A stretch of DNA of 56,514 nucleotides from Acidobacteriota bacterium. GTDB lineage: Bacteria > Acidobacteriota > Vicinamibacteria > Vicinamibacterales > Vicinamibacteraceae. This document shows positions 43,300-51,505 of this stretch, piece after piece; within the stretch, counting starts at the first letter, position 1; every line of letters begins with the position of its first letter. The notes under the pieces are model-generated. The model saw only the letters and a list, made by a program, of their open reading frames with translations. It was not told where the DNA came from and ran no database searches. A program made the position numbers and the translations under genes. The stretch spans positions 1 to 56,514 of the forward strand of contig JBIQIB010000011.1 of assembly GCA_044508265.1 (NCBI GenBank), in the 5' to 3' direction.

Positions 43300-44433
43300 A
43301 TGCCCCGCACGACGACCCGCAAGACGACGACCCGAAAGACGACCGCCCGCAAGACGACGACGCGCCGCCGCGCGTCCGCGTCAGGCACCAAGGCCACGGC
43401 CCCGCGCCGCTCGAATGCCGACATCTACGCCGACGTAACGCGCCGCGTCATCGAGCGCATGCAGGCGGGCGTCATGCCGTGGCAGCGCCCGTGGGACGCG
43501 ACCGGCGCCCCGGCCGTCACGTTAGGCATGCCGGCCAACGCCGCGACGCGCCGCGCCTACAGCGGCGTCAACGTGCTGGTGCTGATGAGCGAGCAGATGG
43601 CGAACGGCTACCGCACCGCCGGCTGGGTGACGTTCCGTCAGGCGATCGCCGAGGGCGCCGTGGTGCGGAAGGGCGAGAAGGGCACGGCGATCGTGTTCAT
43701 GCGCAAGGTGTCGGTGCGCGATCGTGAGGCGGGCGAGTCGTCAGGCGGCGAGGGCGAGGACGGCCGCCGCGACATCTGGATGGCGCGCCAGTTCGTCGTG
43801 TTCAACGTCGACCAGTTGGCCGACCTGCCTGATTCGCCCGGCGCGGTGGACCGCCTCGTCAGGCGCATGGGCGGCCCGCTCGCGTCAGGCAGCGCCGACG
43901 CCGACGAGGGCTTCGACGCGATCGCCGCGTGCGAGGCGATGGTGCGCTCGTCAGGCGCGACGATCCGCCACGGTGGCGACCGCGCGTTCTACCGCCCGGC
44001 GTCGGACAGCATCACCATGCCGCCGCGCAAGGCATTCGCCACGCGCGAGGGCTACTACGGCACGCTGTTCCACGAACTCGCGCACTGGACCGGCGCGCCG
44101 CACCGCCTCGACCGCCCGCTGCTCAACATGTTCGGCTCGGAGCGCTACGCGCTGGAGGAACTCGTCGCGGAGATGGCCTCGGCGTTCGTGTCCGCCACGT
44201 TCGGCATCGAGCACGTGTCACAGTCGGCCGCCTACGTCGACCACTGGCTCGCCTGCCTCACGCGCCACGACGCTGAGCACCGCGAACTGGTGACGGCCGA
44301 GGACTTGACAGGCCCGCGCGCACTCGTCAGGTGCGCGACGATGGCGTCGGCCGCCGCCAACTACCTGCTCGGCCTAGCCGGCACGGCCGGCACCGCAGGC
44401 GACGACGAGGGCGAGGACGCCGCCGCAGCCTGA
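43300..44433 (+). CDS. ardC: ArdC-like antirestriction protein (ssDNA-binding N-domain plus zincin metalloprotease)
   Basis: MPWQRPW...YSGVNVLVL...WVTFRQA...VRKGEKGT (ArdC-N/DUF1738 pattern). The C-terminus has YYGTLFHELAHWTG (HExxH). Confidence 0.85.
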   Translation: MPRTTTRKTTTRKTTARKTTTRRRASASGTKATAPRRSNADIYADVTRRVIERMQAGVMPWQRPWDATGAPAVTLGMPANAATRRAYSGVNVLVLMSEQMANGYRTAGWVTFRQAIAEGAVVRKGEKGTAIVFMRKVSVRDREAGESSGGEGEDGRRDIWMARQFVVFNVDQLADLPDSPGAVDRLVRRMGGPLASGSADADEGFDAIAACEAMVRSSGATIRHGGDRAFYRPASDSITMPPRKAFATREGYYGTLFHELAHWTGAPHRLDRPLLNMFGSERYALEELVAEMASAFVSATFGIEHVSQSAAYVDHWLACLTRHDAEHRELVTAEDLTGPRALVRCATMASAAANYLLGLAGTAGTAGDDEGEDAAAA

Positions 44434-44454
44434 CGAGCACCGCACGACGACGAC

Positions 44455-44477
44455 GGGCCGCCCACCCGGGGCGGCCC
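44455..44477 (+). promoter_or_regulatory. conserved intergenic stem-loop GGGCCGCCC-ACCCG-GGGCGGCCC
   Basis: Perfect 9-bp stem with compensatory changes relative to the 41087 copy. Confidence 0.7.
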
Positions 44478-44505
44478 ACCCACCCGACCTAACGAGGACC
44501 CGACC

Positions 44506-45114
44506 ATGACCCGACGCACTCACCTGACGCAGACGCCCGCGCCCGCGACCCGCCCGGTGCCCGCCACGCCTGCCACGCCGACGCCGACGCCCCGCGTCCG
44601 TCTGGAGTTCGACACGTACAACTGCAGCCGCTGCGGCGGCACCGGCTTCTACTCGCGCGGTCGCTGCTTCCTGTGTGGCGGCGCGAAGGTGCGCCTGACG
44701 CCGGCCGGTCGCCGGGCGTACGCGAAGTGGCGGGCGTGGCGCGACGAGCACCTGACGATGACGCCCGAGGAGGCTGCGTCGTCAGGCACGCCGGTGATCG
44801 TGCCGCAGGAGTTCGCCGGCCCGCAGGACGGCGGGACTTACATCAGGTTCAGGCGCCCGCGCCGCGTGCTGGCCGTTCGCCGCCCCGGCCCTGACGCGCC
44901 GCCGACGCAGATGGTCGAGGTGGACATCGACCTGCGGCTGAAGTATTCGCCGAGCCCGTGGCTGCGCTACGACGCCGAGCGCGGCGTGCTGACCATCAGC
45001 GTCATGCCCGATCACCGTTTCTATCGTCAGGCAACCGGCGCCGAGCTTCGCGCCGCGTTCCCGACGCTTGGCAAGGGCGTCCGGCTCGTCGAGCTACCCG
45101 AGCCCGCAGCCTGA
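44506..45114 (+). CDS. zinc-ribbon-containing hypothetical protein
   Basis: CSRCGGTGFYSRGRCFLCGG; hairpin plus CCTAACGAGGA leader. Confidence 0.65.
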   Translation: MTRRTHLTQTPAPATRPVPATPATPTPTPRVRLEFDTYNCSRCGGTGFYSRGRCFLCGGAKVRLTPAGRRAYAKWRAWRDEHLTMTPEEAASSGTPVIVPQEFAGPQDGGTYIRFRRPRRVLAVRRPGPDAPPTQMVEVDIDLRLKYSPSPWLRYDAERGVLTISVMPDHRFYRQATGAELRAAFPTLGKGVRLVELPEPAA

Positions 45115-45126
45115 CGATCACCCGAC

Positions 45127-45149
45127 GGCCCGTCCACCCGGGGCGGGCC
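45127..45149 (+). promoter_or_regulatory. conserved intergenic stem-loop GGCCCGTCC-ACCCG-GGGCGGGCC
   Basis: 9-bp stem with one G-T(U) wobble, followed by ACCCTAACGACCTAACGAGGA. Confidence 0.65.
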
Positions 45150-45177
45150 ACCCTAACGACCTAACGAGGACACCACC

Positions 45178-45696
45178 ATGCGCAATCCTGCCGCCACGAA
45201 CTTTAACGTGCTTTCGCAGTCGCGCGCGGACGAGTACCGCGCCGGCGGAAGCAACGAACAGGGGAACCGCTTCGAGCGGGCGACGGCCAGCGGTCGCGCG
45301 CGCTGCCGCCAGTGCGCGCAGAAGATTGCCAAGGGCGAGCCGGCGCTGGTCGGCTACCACGACTTCAACGGGCACGGTAGCTACACGGCCGTTAGGTGCT
45401 GGCTGCATCTGGAGTGCCCGCCGCTGCCGCCTAACGCGTGGGCACCGTCGATCAGCCTGACGATCACGGACCGTCAGGCGGAAGTGCTGCAGGACTGCGC
45501 GCGCGAGCCCCTGTCGGTCTTTCTGATCTTCGGCCGTGGACTGGCTCGCTCGTACGGTCAGGCTTCCGAACTCGTGCTCAACCTGCGCGCGCGCGGCTTC
45601 ATCGAGCCCGTGCGCTCGACGGACAGCAAGCGCGGCGGCTATGCCACGACTGAGCTAGGCAAGAAGGCACTCGCGGCGTACTACGAGGACGCCTGA
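45178..45696 (+). CDS. putative DNA-binding protein: PARP-type Zn-finger-like N-terminus plus winged-helix-like C-terminus (tentative)
   Basis: ERATASGRARCRQCAQKIAKGEPAL...H..C resembles zf-PARP. The C-terminal LTITDRQAEVL...LVLNLRARGFIEP resembles wHTH. Confidence 0.5.
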   Translation: MRNPAATNFNVLSQSRADEYRAGGSNEQGNRFERATASGRARCRQCAQKIAKGEPALVGYHDFNGHGSYTAVRCWLHLECPPLPPNAWAPSISLTITDRQAEVLQDCAREPLSVFLIFGRGLARSYGQASELVLNLRARGFIEPVRSTDSKRGGYATTELGKKALAAYYEDA

Positions 45697-45710
45697 CGAC
45701 TCGCCCTACC

Positions 45711-45733
45711 GGCCTGCCCATCCGGGGCGGGCC
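45711..45733 (+). promoter_or_regulatory. conserved intergenic stem-loop GGCCTGCCC-ATCCG-GGGCGGGCC
   Basis: 9-bp stem with one G-T(U) wobble, followed by ACCCTAACGACCTAACGAGGA. Confidence 0.65.
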
Positions 45734-45762
45734 ACCCTAACGACCTAACGAGGACACCTACC

Positions 45763-46071
45763 ATGGCCCGTAAGACGAGGAAGGACGCCCGCACCGCGCA
45801 GCACTATTTCGCCAGCACGTACGTCGCGTGGGCGACCGCCGACACGCGCGAGGCTGCAATCAAGGACGCGGTGCGCCGCACGCGTGAGGCAGTGCGCGGG
45901 CGCGGTTTCATCCCGTGGCCGCTGGAAATCCTGTCGTGCGCCGTGCCGCTGCCGCAGTCGTCAGGCTACGAAATCGACAATTACCTGCCGGTGCGCGAGA
46001 CCGGACGGCACGACGTGCAGAAGCATGTGCAGGCATCGCAGCGCGCCACGCCGGCGCGCGTGGACGCCTGA
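45763..46071 (+). CDS. hypothetical protein
   Basis: Hairpin plus CCTAACGACCTAACGAGGA leader. Confidence 0.65.
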   Translation: MARKTRKDARTAQHYFASTYVAWATADTREAAIKDAVRRTREAVRGRGFIPWPLEILSCAVPLPQSSGYEIDNYLPVRETGRHDVQKHVQASQRATPARVDA

Positions 46072-46080
46072 CGACTAACC

Positions 46081-46103
46081 GGCGCGCCCATCCGGGGCGC
46101 GCC
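46081..46103 (+). promoter_or_regulatory. conserved intergenic stem-loop GGCGCGCCC-ATCCG-GGGCGCGCC
   Basis: Perfect 9-bp stem. The C-to-G change in the left arm is compensated in the right arm. Confidence 0.7.
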
Positions 46104-46132
46104 AACCCCAACGCCTGACGAGGAGCCCGCCC

Positions 46133-46420
46133 ATGTCCCGACGCCGTTCAGATACTCCCGCAGCCTGCCGCGCCCGCGCGCGCCGCGCCGCTCGCAAGGC
46201 CGACGAGTGCCGCCAGCGCGCAGCCCAGTGCCGCCAGTACGCGGAACGCGGCTCGCCTGAATCGCGCGCCGGCTACCTAACGCTGGCGCAGAACTACGAC
46301 ATCTTCGCGGAGTCGTTCGACTCGACCGCGGAGTGGGAGCGCAAGAACGCCGCGCGCGCCCGGCGCCGCGAGGCAGCCCGCCGGAAGCACGACAGCCGCG
46401 CCGTGGTGTCCACCGCCTGA
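46133..46420 (+). CDS. hypothetical basic helical protein
   Basis: Hairpin plus CCTGACGAGGAGCCCGCCCATG leader. Confidence 0.6.
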   Translation: MSRRRSDTPAACRARARRAARKADECRQRAAQCRQYAERGSPESRAGYLTLAQNYDIFAESFDSTAEWERKNAARARRREAARRKHDSRAVVSTA

Positions 46421-46458
46421 CGATCACCACCACCTAACGACCTAACGAGGAACCGACC

Positions 46459-46911
46459 ATGACCACGAACATGATCCGCACCGCCCACATGCGCAGCCTG
46501 TTGTCGCCTGACGAGGTGGCCGCCCTCCAGCCCGGCGATCGCGTCGCGCTAGGCGTCGCAGGCGCCACGCACGGCGAGGTTGTCCGCGTGACGCAGGCGC
46601 AGGTGATCGTCGCCGCCTACGCGTACGACGCGGACGGCGAGCGCCGCCTTTCGCGTCAGGAACGCTACTGGCGCACCGGCCGCCTCGCAGGCCACGCGGT
46701 CGGCAGCATCGGCCGACTCCTTGAGCCTGACGAGCACGTCGAGGCCGCGCACCGTGCGCGGGCCGTGAACAAGGTCCGCACGCACCACCTAGCCTACGTG
46801 ACGCACGCCGAGTGGAGGCGCATGCCCGAGGACGTGATCGCGGCCGTGTACGAGGCGATCGCGCCGCACCTAAAGGAGATGCGCACGCTGCCGCCTGTGA
46901 GCGGCGCCTGA
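46459..46911 (+). CDS. hypothetical protein
   Basis: CCTAACGACCTAACGAGGAACCGACCATG leader. Confidence 0.7.
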   Translation: MTTNMIRTAHMRSLLSPDEVAALQPGDRVALGVAGATHGEVVRVTQAQVIVAAYAYDADGERRLSRQERYWRTGRLAGHAVGSIGRLLEPDEHVEAAHRARAVNKVRTHHLAYVTHAEWRRMPEDVIAAVYEAIAPHLKEMRTLPPVSGA

Positions 46912-46923
46912 CGACGCCTGCGG

Positions 46924-46963
46924 GGTTGCCGATTACTGACACTCACGTTAGTGTCAGGCAACC
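46924..46963 (+). promoter_or_regulatory. imperfect palindrome overlapping a promoter-like sequence (-35 TTGCCG, 17 bp, -10 TAGTGT)
   Basis: GGTTGCC-GATTA-CTGACACT-CACGTT-AGTGTCAG-GCAACC, just upstream of the wHTH and HTH gene pair. Confidence 0.45.
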
Positions 46964-46988
46964 TCAACCCGACCCGGAGGACGTGACC

Positions 46989-47369
46989 ATGACCATGACG
47001 ACGACGACCACCGCGCCCGCACCTGACGGCCGCCACGTGCCGCGCCTGACGCGCGCGCAGCACCGTGTGCTGCTGCTCATGGCGCAGGGTGCCCTGCTCT
47101 ATCGCGGCACCGCCTACCCGGTCGGACGGCGCGACGTTGCGATGCCGGCCGTGACGATCCACGCGCTCGTCAGGCGCGGGCTCATGCGCGAGTGGACCGA
47201 GGACGAGTACGCCGCCTCGCCGCACGTGAGGCAGGCGCTGTACCTGCGCTACGTGCTGACGGACACGGGGCGCGAGGTGAGGTTCGCGCTACTGGAGCGC
47301 ATGCGCGCGAACGCCGTGCGCGAGACGGCGCGCGACGACGTAACGCCTGACGAGGGGAGGCAGTCGTGA
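46989..47369 (+). CDS. winged-helix-like hypothetical protein
   Basis: ATG 46989 after GGAGGACGTGACC. LTRAQHRVLLLMAQGALLY...IHALVRRGLM. The upstream part of the track ORF is non-coding-like. Confidence 0.6.
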   Translation: MTMTTTTTAPAPDGRHVPRLTRAQHRVLLLMAQGALLYRGTAYPVGRRDVAMPAVTIHALVRRGLMREWTEDEYAASPHVRQALYLRYVLTDTGREVRFALLERMRANAVRETARDDVTPDEGRQS

Positions 47370-47833
47370 GGCTCGCGTTTCAGAACAACCTGTATACGAG
47401 GCAGCGCCTCGCGCTGTTCGTGATCCTAGGCGACACGGTGAGCGAGGACGCCTACATGCGCGGCCTGCCCGAGGCCGTCGACGAGGGCCTGCGGCGCGCG
47501 AAGGAGGTGGCCGGACAGCGCGCGTCGTTCGCTGTGCGCTACGACTACGCGCGCAACGCGATCGACCCGTCGCATAAGATCGGCTCGACGCGCGCGGTGG
47601 TGCGCGTGCCTGACGACACGTTCGTGCGCGTCGTGCAGACGCTGACGGGCCAGACGGCCGCCGAGCTAGGCGCTGAGCTAGGCCGCACGGAGCGCAGCGT
47701 CAGGCGCTGGCTGCAGCGCCGGCGCGTGCCGCGCGCGATCGCCGTGCGCCTCACCGGATGGTGCGCCGCGTTAGGCGTGCCGGTAGTGCCCGAGAATGCC
47801 TTTCACTGTGACCTATCACCCGAGGAGGACTAG
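47366..47833 (+). CDS. HTH DNA-binding protein (putative regulator)
   Basis: GTGA overlap start. HTH-like TAAELGAELGRTERSVRRWLQRRRVP. Confidence 0.6.
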   Translation: MRLAFQNNLYTRQRLALFVILGDTVSEDAYMRGLPEAVDEGLRRAKEVAGQRASFAVRYDYARNAIDPSHKIGSTRAVVRVPDDTFVRVVQTLTGQTAAELGAELGRTERSVRRWLQRRRVPRAIAVRLTGWCAALGVPVVPENAFHCDLSPEED

Positions 47834-47838
47834 ACGCC

Positions 47839-48468
47839 ATGCACATGCCTGACGACAGCGACCACTACACCGAGGCTTGCCGCATCCCGCTCCCGCCCGG
47901 GATTAAGGACGACGACATCGTCATCCGCTGGCTCACGAACTACGCGTGGGCGCTGCCTCACGAGATAGCGCGCGAGGTTGCCGCCGTGCACGGCCTCGCG
48001 GCGCCCCGCTATGCGCTGTGGATGAGCACGACGTCCGAGAGGATCGGGCGCATCCTAGCCGAGCACGGCGAGCGCATGATGTGGTGGTGGACCCTGCGCG
48101 CGCGCCGGTTCACGGAGACCCTCACCGTGCTCGCGGGCTGGATCGTCGAGTGCCGGGCGGCGTTCGATCGCATCGACACGCTACGCGTCATGCACCACGA
48201 CGGGCTAGGCGTCGTCACGCGTGAGGCGATCGACGACCTGCCGCGCCTGCCGCTGTCGCCTGACGAGGACGGCTACCCGTGGCAGGTAGGCTGGTCCCTT
48301 GAGGAAGCGCTCGACATGAGCGAGCGCGGCGAGAGTGCGGCGGACCGCCCGCCTAGCGACGGGCCGGCGTCGATGTTCGTGCCGCCTGACGAGTTGGACC
48401 CGGTGCAGGGGCTGGCCGGCGTCGTCATGCGGCGCGCCATACAGCGCATGATAGAGTCGGTCGAGTGA
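47839..48468 (+). CDS. hypothetical protein
   Basis: 209-aa ORF with good third-position G/C bias; alternative ATG 47845 (ATGCCTGACGA). Confidence 0.65.
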   Translation: MHMPDDSDHYTEACRIPLPPGIKDDDIVIRWLTNYAWALPHEIAREVAAVHGLAAPRYALWMSTTSERIGRILAEHGERMMWWWTLRARRFTETLTVLAGWIVECRAAFDRIDTLRVMHHDGLGVVTREAIDDLPRLPLSPDEDGYPWQVGWSLEEALDMSERGESAADRPPSDGPASMFVPPDELDPVQGLAGVVMRRAIQRMIESVE

Positions 48469-49307
48469 GTGGTGCCGCGCAGCATAACGACGACAACCCG
48501 CACACGGAGGGACTGATGACCACGACCACTACGACGCCGAGGCCGAGCGCAGCGCAGGTAGACGCGTTCGTCGCCCTGTCGGCGCTCAACATCCTGCAGG
48601 ACGCACTAGCGCGCGGCGTGCTGCACCTGACGCCGAGGCACCGTGACCAGTGCGCGCGCCTGCGCCGCCTCGACGGTCCGGTGTCGATCGGCGAACTGGT
48701 CGCGTTAGGCAGCGCGGGCGACGAGGTCATGCGTGCCGAGTTCGTGCGCCTCGTGCGCGCCGTGGCGGCGATCGCGGCGACCGGCAACATGCCGAGCGAG
48801 TGCCTGACGACGCCGCTGCCGTTCTTCGCGATCCCTGACGACGTGCGGTTCCCCGTGAGCCATGGCGACGCCACCGCCTCGTCAGGCGACGATGACGACG
48901 ACGAGGACGGCGTCGATTGGGGCGACGATGACGACGACGGCGGCCTGACGTTCACGACGTACGACCCGAGCGCGCGGTGCGGCCTGACGCGTGCCGCACC
49001 GTGGGGTGGCTACGAACACCTGCGCGCCGCCGTGCGGCGCGTCGTCAGCCGATCCGGCGTGGTGCGCGCCATCACCGACACCCTGCGCCGCTCATGGGGC
49101 TGGCGCGCCCGCCGGCGCGCGGTGCGGCGCCTGATGCGCACGCGCCCGCCCGCATCCGGCGCGTGTGCCACGAACGCCCCGGCGCCTAGGGTGAGCTATG
49201 CCCGGGCGGCGAACGGGCCGCACGCGCGAAATGGTGCGGTCGGGGCCGCTATCCCGGCAGTAGGTGCCCGGCCGTCGCTGGCCGGTGACGTTCAGGTGTG
49301 GGACTGA
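48465..49307 (+). CDS. hypothetical protein with poly-Asp tract
   Basis: GTGA overlap start, alternative ATG 48516 after GGAGGG. The Arg-rich last 70 or so codons overlap a box that is intergenic in its two other copies, so the true 3' end is uncertain. Confidence 0.5.
   Translation: MSGAAQHNDDNPHTEGLMTTTTTTPRPSAAQVDAFVALSALNILQDALARGVLHLTPRHRDQCARLRRLDGPVSIGELVALGSAGDEVMRAEFVRLVRAVAAIAATGNMPSECLTTPLPFFAIPDDVRFPVSHGDATASSGDDDDDEDGVDWGDDDDDGGLTFTTYDPSARCGLTRAAPWGGYEHLRAAVRRVVSRSGVVRAITDTLRRSWGWRARRRAVRRLMRTRPPASGACATNAPAPRVSYARAANGPHARNGAVGAAIPAVGARPSLAGDVQVWD
49185..49207 (+). repeat. conserved upstream box, copy C (partial)
   Basis: CCTAGGGTGAGCTATGCCCGGGC, 189 bp upstream of ATG 49375. 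Confidence 0.6.
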
Positions 49308-49374
49308 CGCGCGGCGCAACCCGGCGCATCGCGTCAGGCAGGACTAGACCCGTAGGACCACAGGAGAACCGAGC

Positions 49375-50229
49375 ATGACGACGACGACGAAGCCCAACCC
49401 GTTTGCCGAGCCCGCAGCAGCGAAGGCGGCGCGTGACGAGGACCGGCCGCGCGCCGTGACGCTGCACGACCGGGCGCACAGCATCGCGATCCTCACCGAG
49501 TGGGAACACGAGCACTACGACGTGATCCTCGCGAACGACGGCGCACTGCCTGACGAGTTGGCCGCGCTGCTCGATGACGCCGAGGTCGAGTTCACGCAGA
49601 AGGTGACGGCGGTGCGCGCGAAGATCGAGGAACTCGACGCCTCGGCCGACGCGGCTAAGGCCACGAAGGACCGGCTGGCGCAGCGCGAGAAGGTTTTCAG
49701 GAACGCGGCCAAGGGCTTGAAGCGCTACTTGGAGGCGTGCCTCACGACGGCCGGGCGCGATCGCATCGACACGCCGCTCGGCGTGGTAGCTATGCAGACG
49801 AACCCGCCGAGCCTGACGTTCAGCCTGACCTACGCCGAGTACGTCGAGCGCTTCGGCAAGGACGGTGAGCGTGCGCCCGAGTGGCTGCGGGTCGTCCCGC
49901 CGTCCGAGCCGACGGTCGAGGTGGCGAACCGCAAGGAGGCGATCGCCGCATGGGATGACGCGCTGCCTGACGTGTGGGTGCGCGCACATAACGAGGTCGA
50001 ACTGACCGACGACGAGGTGACGGCCGAGACGGAGTACGTCGACTTCCTCGCGGCGCAATACACGGCCGAGCAGGACGGCGAGGTCAGCGACGAGGACCGC
50101 CAGCAGATGCTTGTCGAGCGGCTGGATGCGCTGCTCACGTCGAAGAAGGAGGCGTTCGTGCGCAAGGTCATGGCGACCGTGTGCCCGGGCGTCGAGGTGA
50201 CGCGCGGCCGGTCGGTGCGCCTGCGTTAG
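49375..50229 (+). CDS. Gp157-like coiled-coil protein (recombination-module accessory, tentative)
   Basis: Coiled-coil region EFTQKVTAVRAKIEELDASADAAKATKDRLAQREKVFRNAAKGLKRYLEACL, typical of siphovirus Gp157-type proteins found next to SSAP genes. Confidence 0.5.
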   Translation: MTTTTKPNPFAEPAAAKAARDEDRPRAVTLHDRAHSIAILTEWEHEHYDVILANDGALPDELAALLDDAEVEFTQKVTAVRAKIEELDASADAAKATKDRLAQREKVFRNAAKGLKRYLEACLTTAGRDRIDTPLGVVAMQTNPPSLTFSLTYAEYVERFGKDGERAPEWLRVVPPSEPTVEVANRKEAIAAWDDALPDVWVRAHNEVELTDDEVTAETEYVDFLAAQYTAEQDGEVSDEDRQQMLVERLDALLTSKKEAFVRKVMATVCPGVEVTRGRSVRLR

Positions 50230-50250
50230 GCAGGAGGGCGGGAACGCAAA

Positions 50251-50280
50251 CGCCCCGGCTACCGTGTGGGTGCCGGGGCG
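50251..50280 (+). terminator. stem-loop CGCCCCGGC-(12 nt)-GCCGGGGCG after gene 49375-50229
   Basis: 9-bp GC stem 22 nt after the stop; no T-tract. Confidence 0.35.
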
Positions 50281-50383
50281 CTGCGTGCCGACACGGTGCC
50301 CGCCGTGCCTGCCGAGTAGGAGAACCTACCATGCACCCGAACGGTAGCCGATCCGACAGGCGTGCGCAATGCCCCGGCGCGCG

Positions 50384-50412
50384 TTGTGATTACCTGACAC
50401 CGACGCTAGATT
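50384..50412 (+). promoter_or_regulatory. sigma-70-like promoter (-35 TTGTGA, 17-bp spacer, -10 TAGATT)
   Basis: Lies in a locally lower-GC 234-bp gap upstream of the Rad52-like gene. Confidence 0.45.
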
Positions 50413-50463
50413 GGAGGTGTTCCTGATGGACCGATTCACCCTGACGAAATAGGAGACTGAGCC

Positions 50464-51432
50464 ATGCACGAAACGGACACGGATACGGGAGCAGTCACGC
50501 GGCTGCCTCACGCCGCGCCGCCGCACAAGCTGTGGACCGACCTGTCGGCGCCGATCCCGTCGGTGCTCATCAAGTGGCGACAGGACGGCAAGGTCACGCA
50601 ACGCGACGGGCGCTTCATTGCGCGCTTCGTCGCATACATCGAGGCGAACACTGTCAGGCAGCGCCTCGACGAGCACGCGCCCGGCGCGTGGAGCCTGTTA
50701 GTCACGCCGCTGCCTAACGCGGCTGACGAGGACGGCGTGGTGCTGTTCGCGTTTCGCGCTCGCCTGACGATTCACGGCGTCACGCGCGAGGACGTCGGCA
50801 CCGGGCACGACTACAAGAGCGCGTCGACGGACGCGTTCAAGCGCGTTGCCGTGCGCTTCGGGATCGGCCACGAACTGTACGACTACGAACAGAACTGGGT
50901 CGAGATGGACGGCGACGGTCGTTATGCGCGGCCGGTCGAGGATCCGGCGCGCGCCTACGCTCGCAAGATGGCGCGACTGAAAGACAAGCGCGTCGAGGAG
51001 GCGAAGCGCGCCGAGCAGCGCATGGACATGGCGAATAAGGCGCGTCGTCAGGCAGGTATGCCGGACTACGCCGACGACGACGACAACCGCGAGACGGGCG
51101 GGCCGCCTGACGAGGGGCCGCAGCCACTCACGAGGCCGTCGGTGGGCGACGACTACGGCGAGGCCGAGGCGCCTGAGCCGGCGCGTCGTCAGGCGCGCAG
51201 CACGCGCTCGCGCGTGCAGGGGTCGTCGTCAGGCAGCAGCACTGGTAGCGATGAGCCGGCCGACGACGTGCCGCTGTGCCCCAATTGCGGCGGCACCATG
51301 TGGGACAACCGCCTGACGAAGCGCAACCCCAAGGCGCCTGACTTCAAGTGCCGCGACCGGAACTGCACCGGCGTCGTCTGGCCGCCCCGCCCGGGCGACG
51401 GCATGGGGCCGGAGGACGAGTTGCCGTTCTAG
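50464..51432 (+). CDS. Rad52/Sak-type single-strand annealing protein with C-terminal zinc ribbon
   Basis: FVAYIEANTVRQRLDE...G...DYKSASTDAFKRVAVRFGIGHELYD matches the Rad52/22 pattern. CPNCGG...CRDRNC lies at the C-terminus. Confidence 0.8.
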   Translation: MHETDTDTGAVTRLPHAAPPHKLWTDLSAPIPSVLIKWRQDGKVTQRDGRFIARFVAYIEANTVRQRLDEHAPGAWSLLVTPLPNAADEDGVVLFAFRARLTIHGVTREDVGTGHDYKSASTDAFKRVAVRFGIGHELYDYEQNWVEMDGDGRYARPVEDPARAYARKMARLKDKRVEEAKRAEQRMDMANKARRQAGMPDYADDDDNRETGGPPDEGPQPLTRPSVGDDYGEAEAPEPARRQARSTRSRVQGSSSGSSTGSDEPADDVPLCPNCGGTMWDNRLTKRNPKAPDFKCRDRNCTGVVWPPRPGDGMGPEDELPF

Positions 51433-51505
51433 TGTGGCGCACGCGCGGGCCGGGGCCTATCGTGAGGCACCGGCCACGCGCGCCTAACGTACACGCATAC
51501 CTGAC

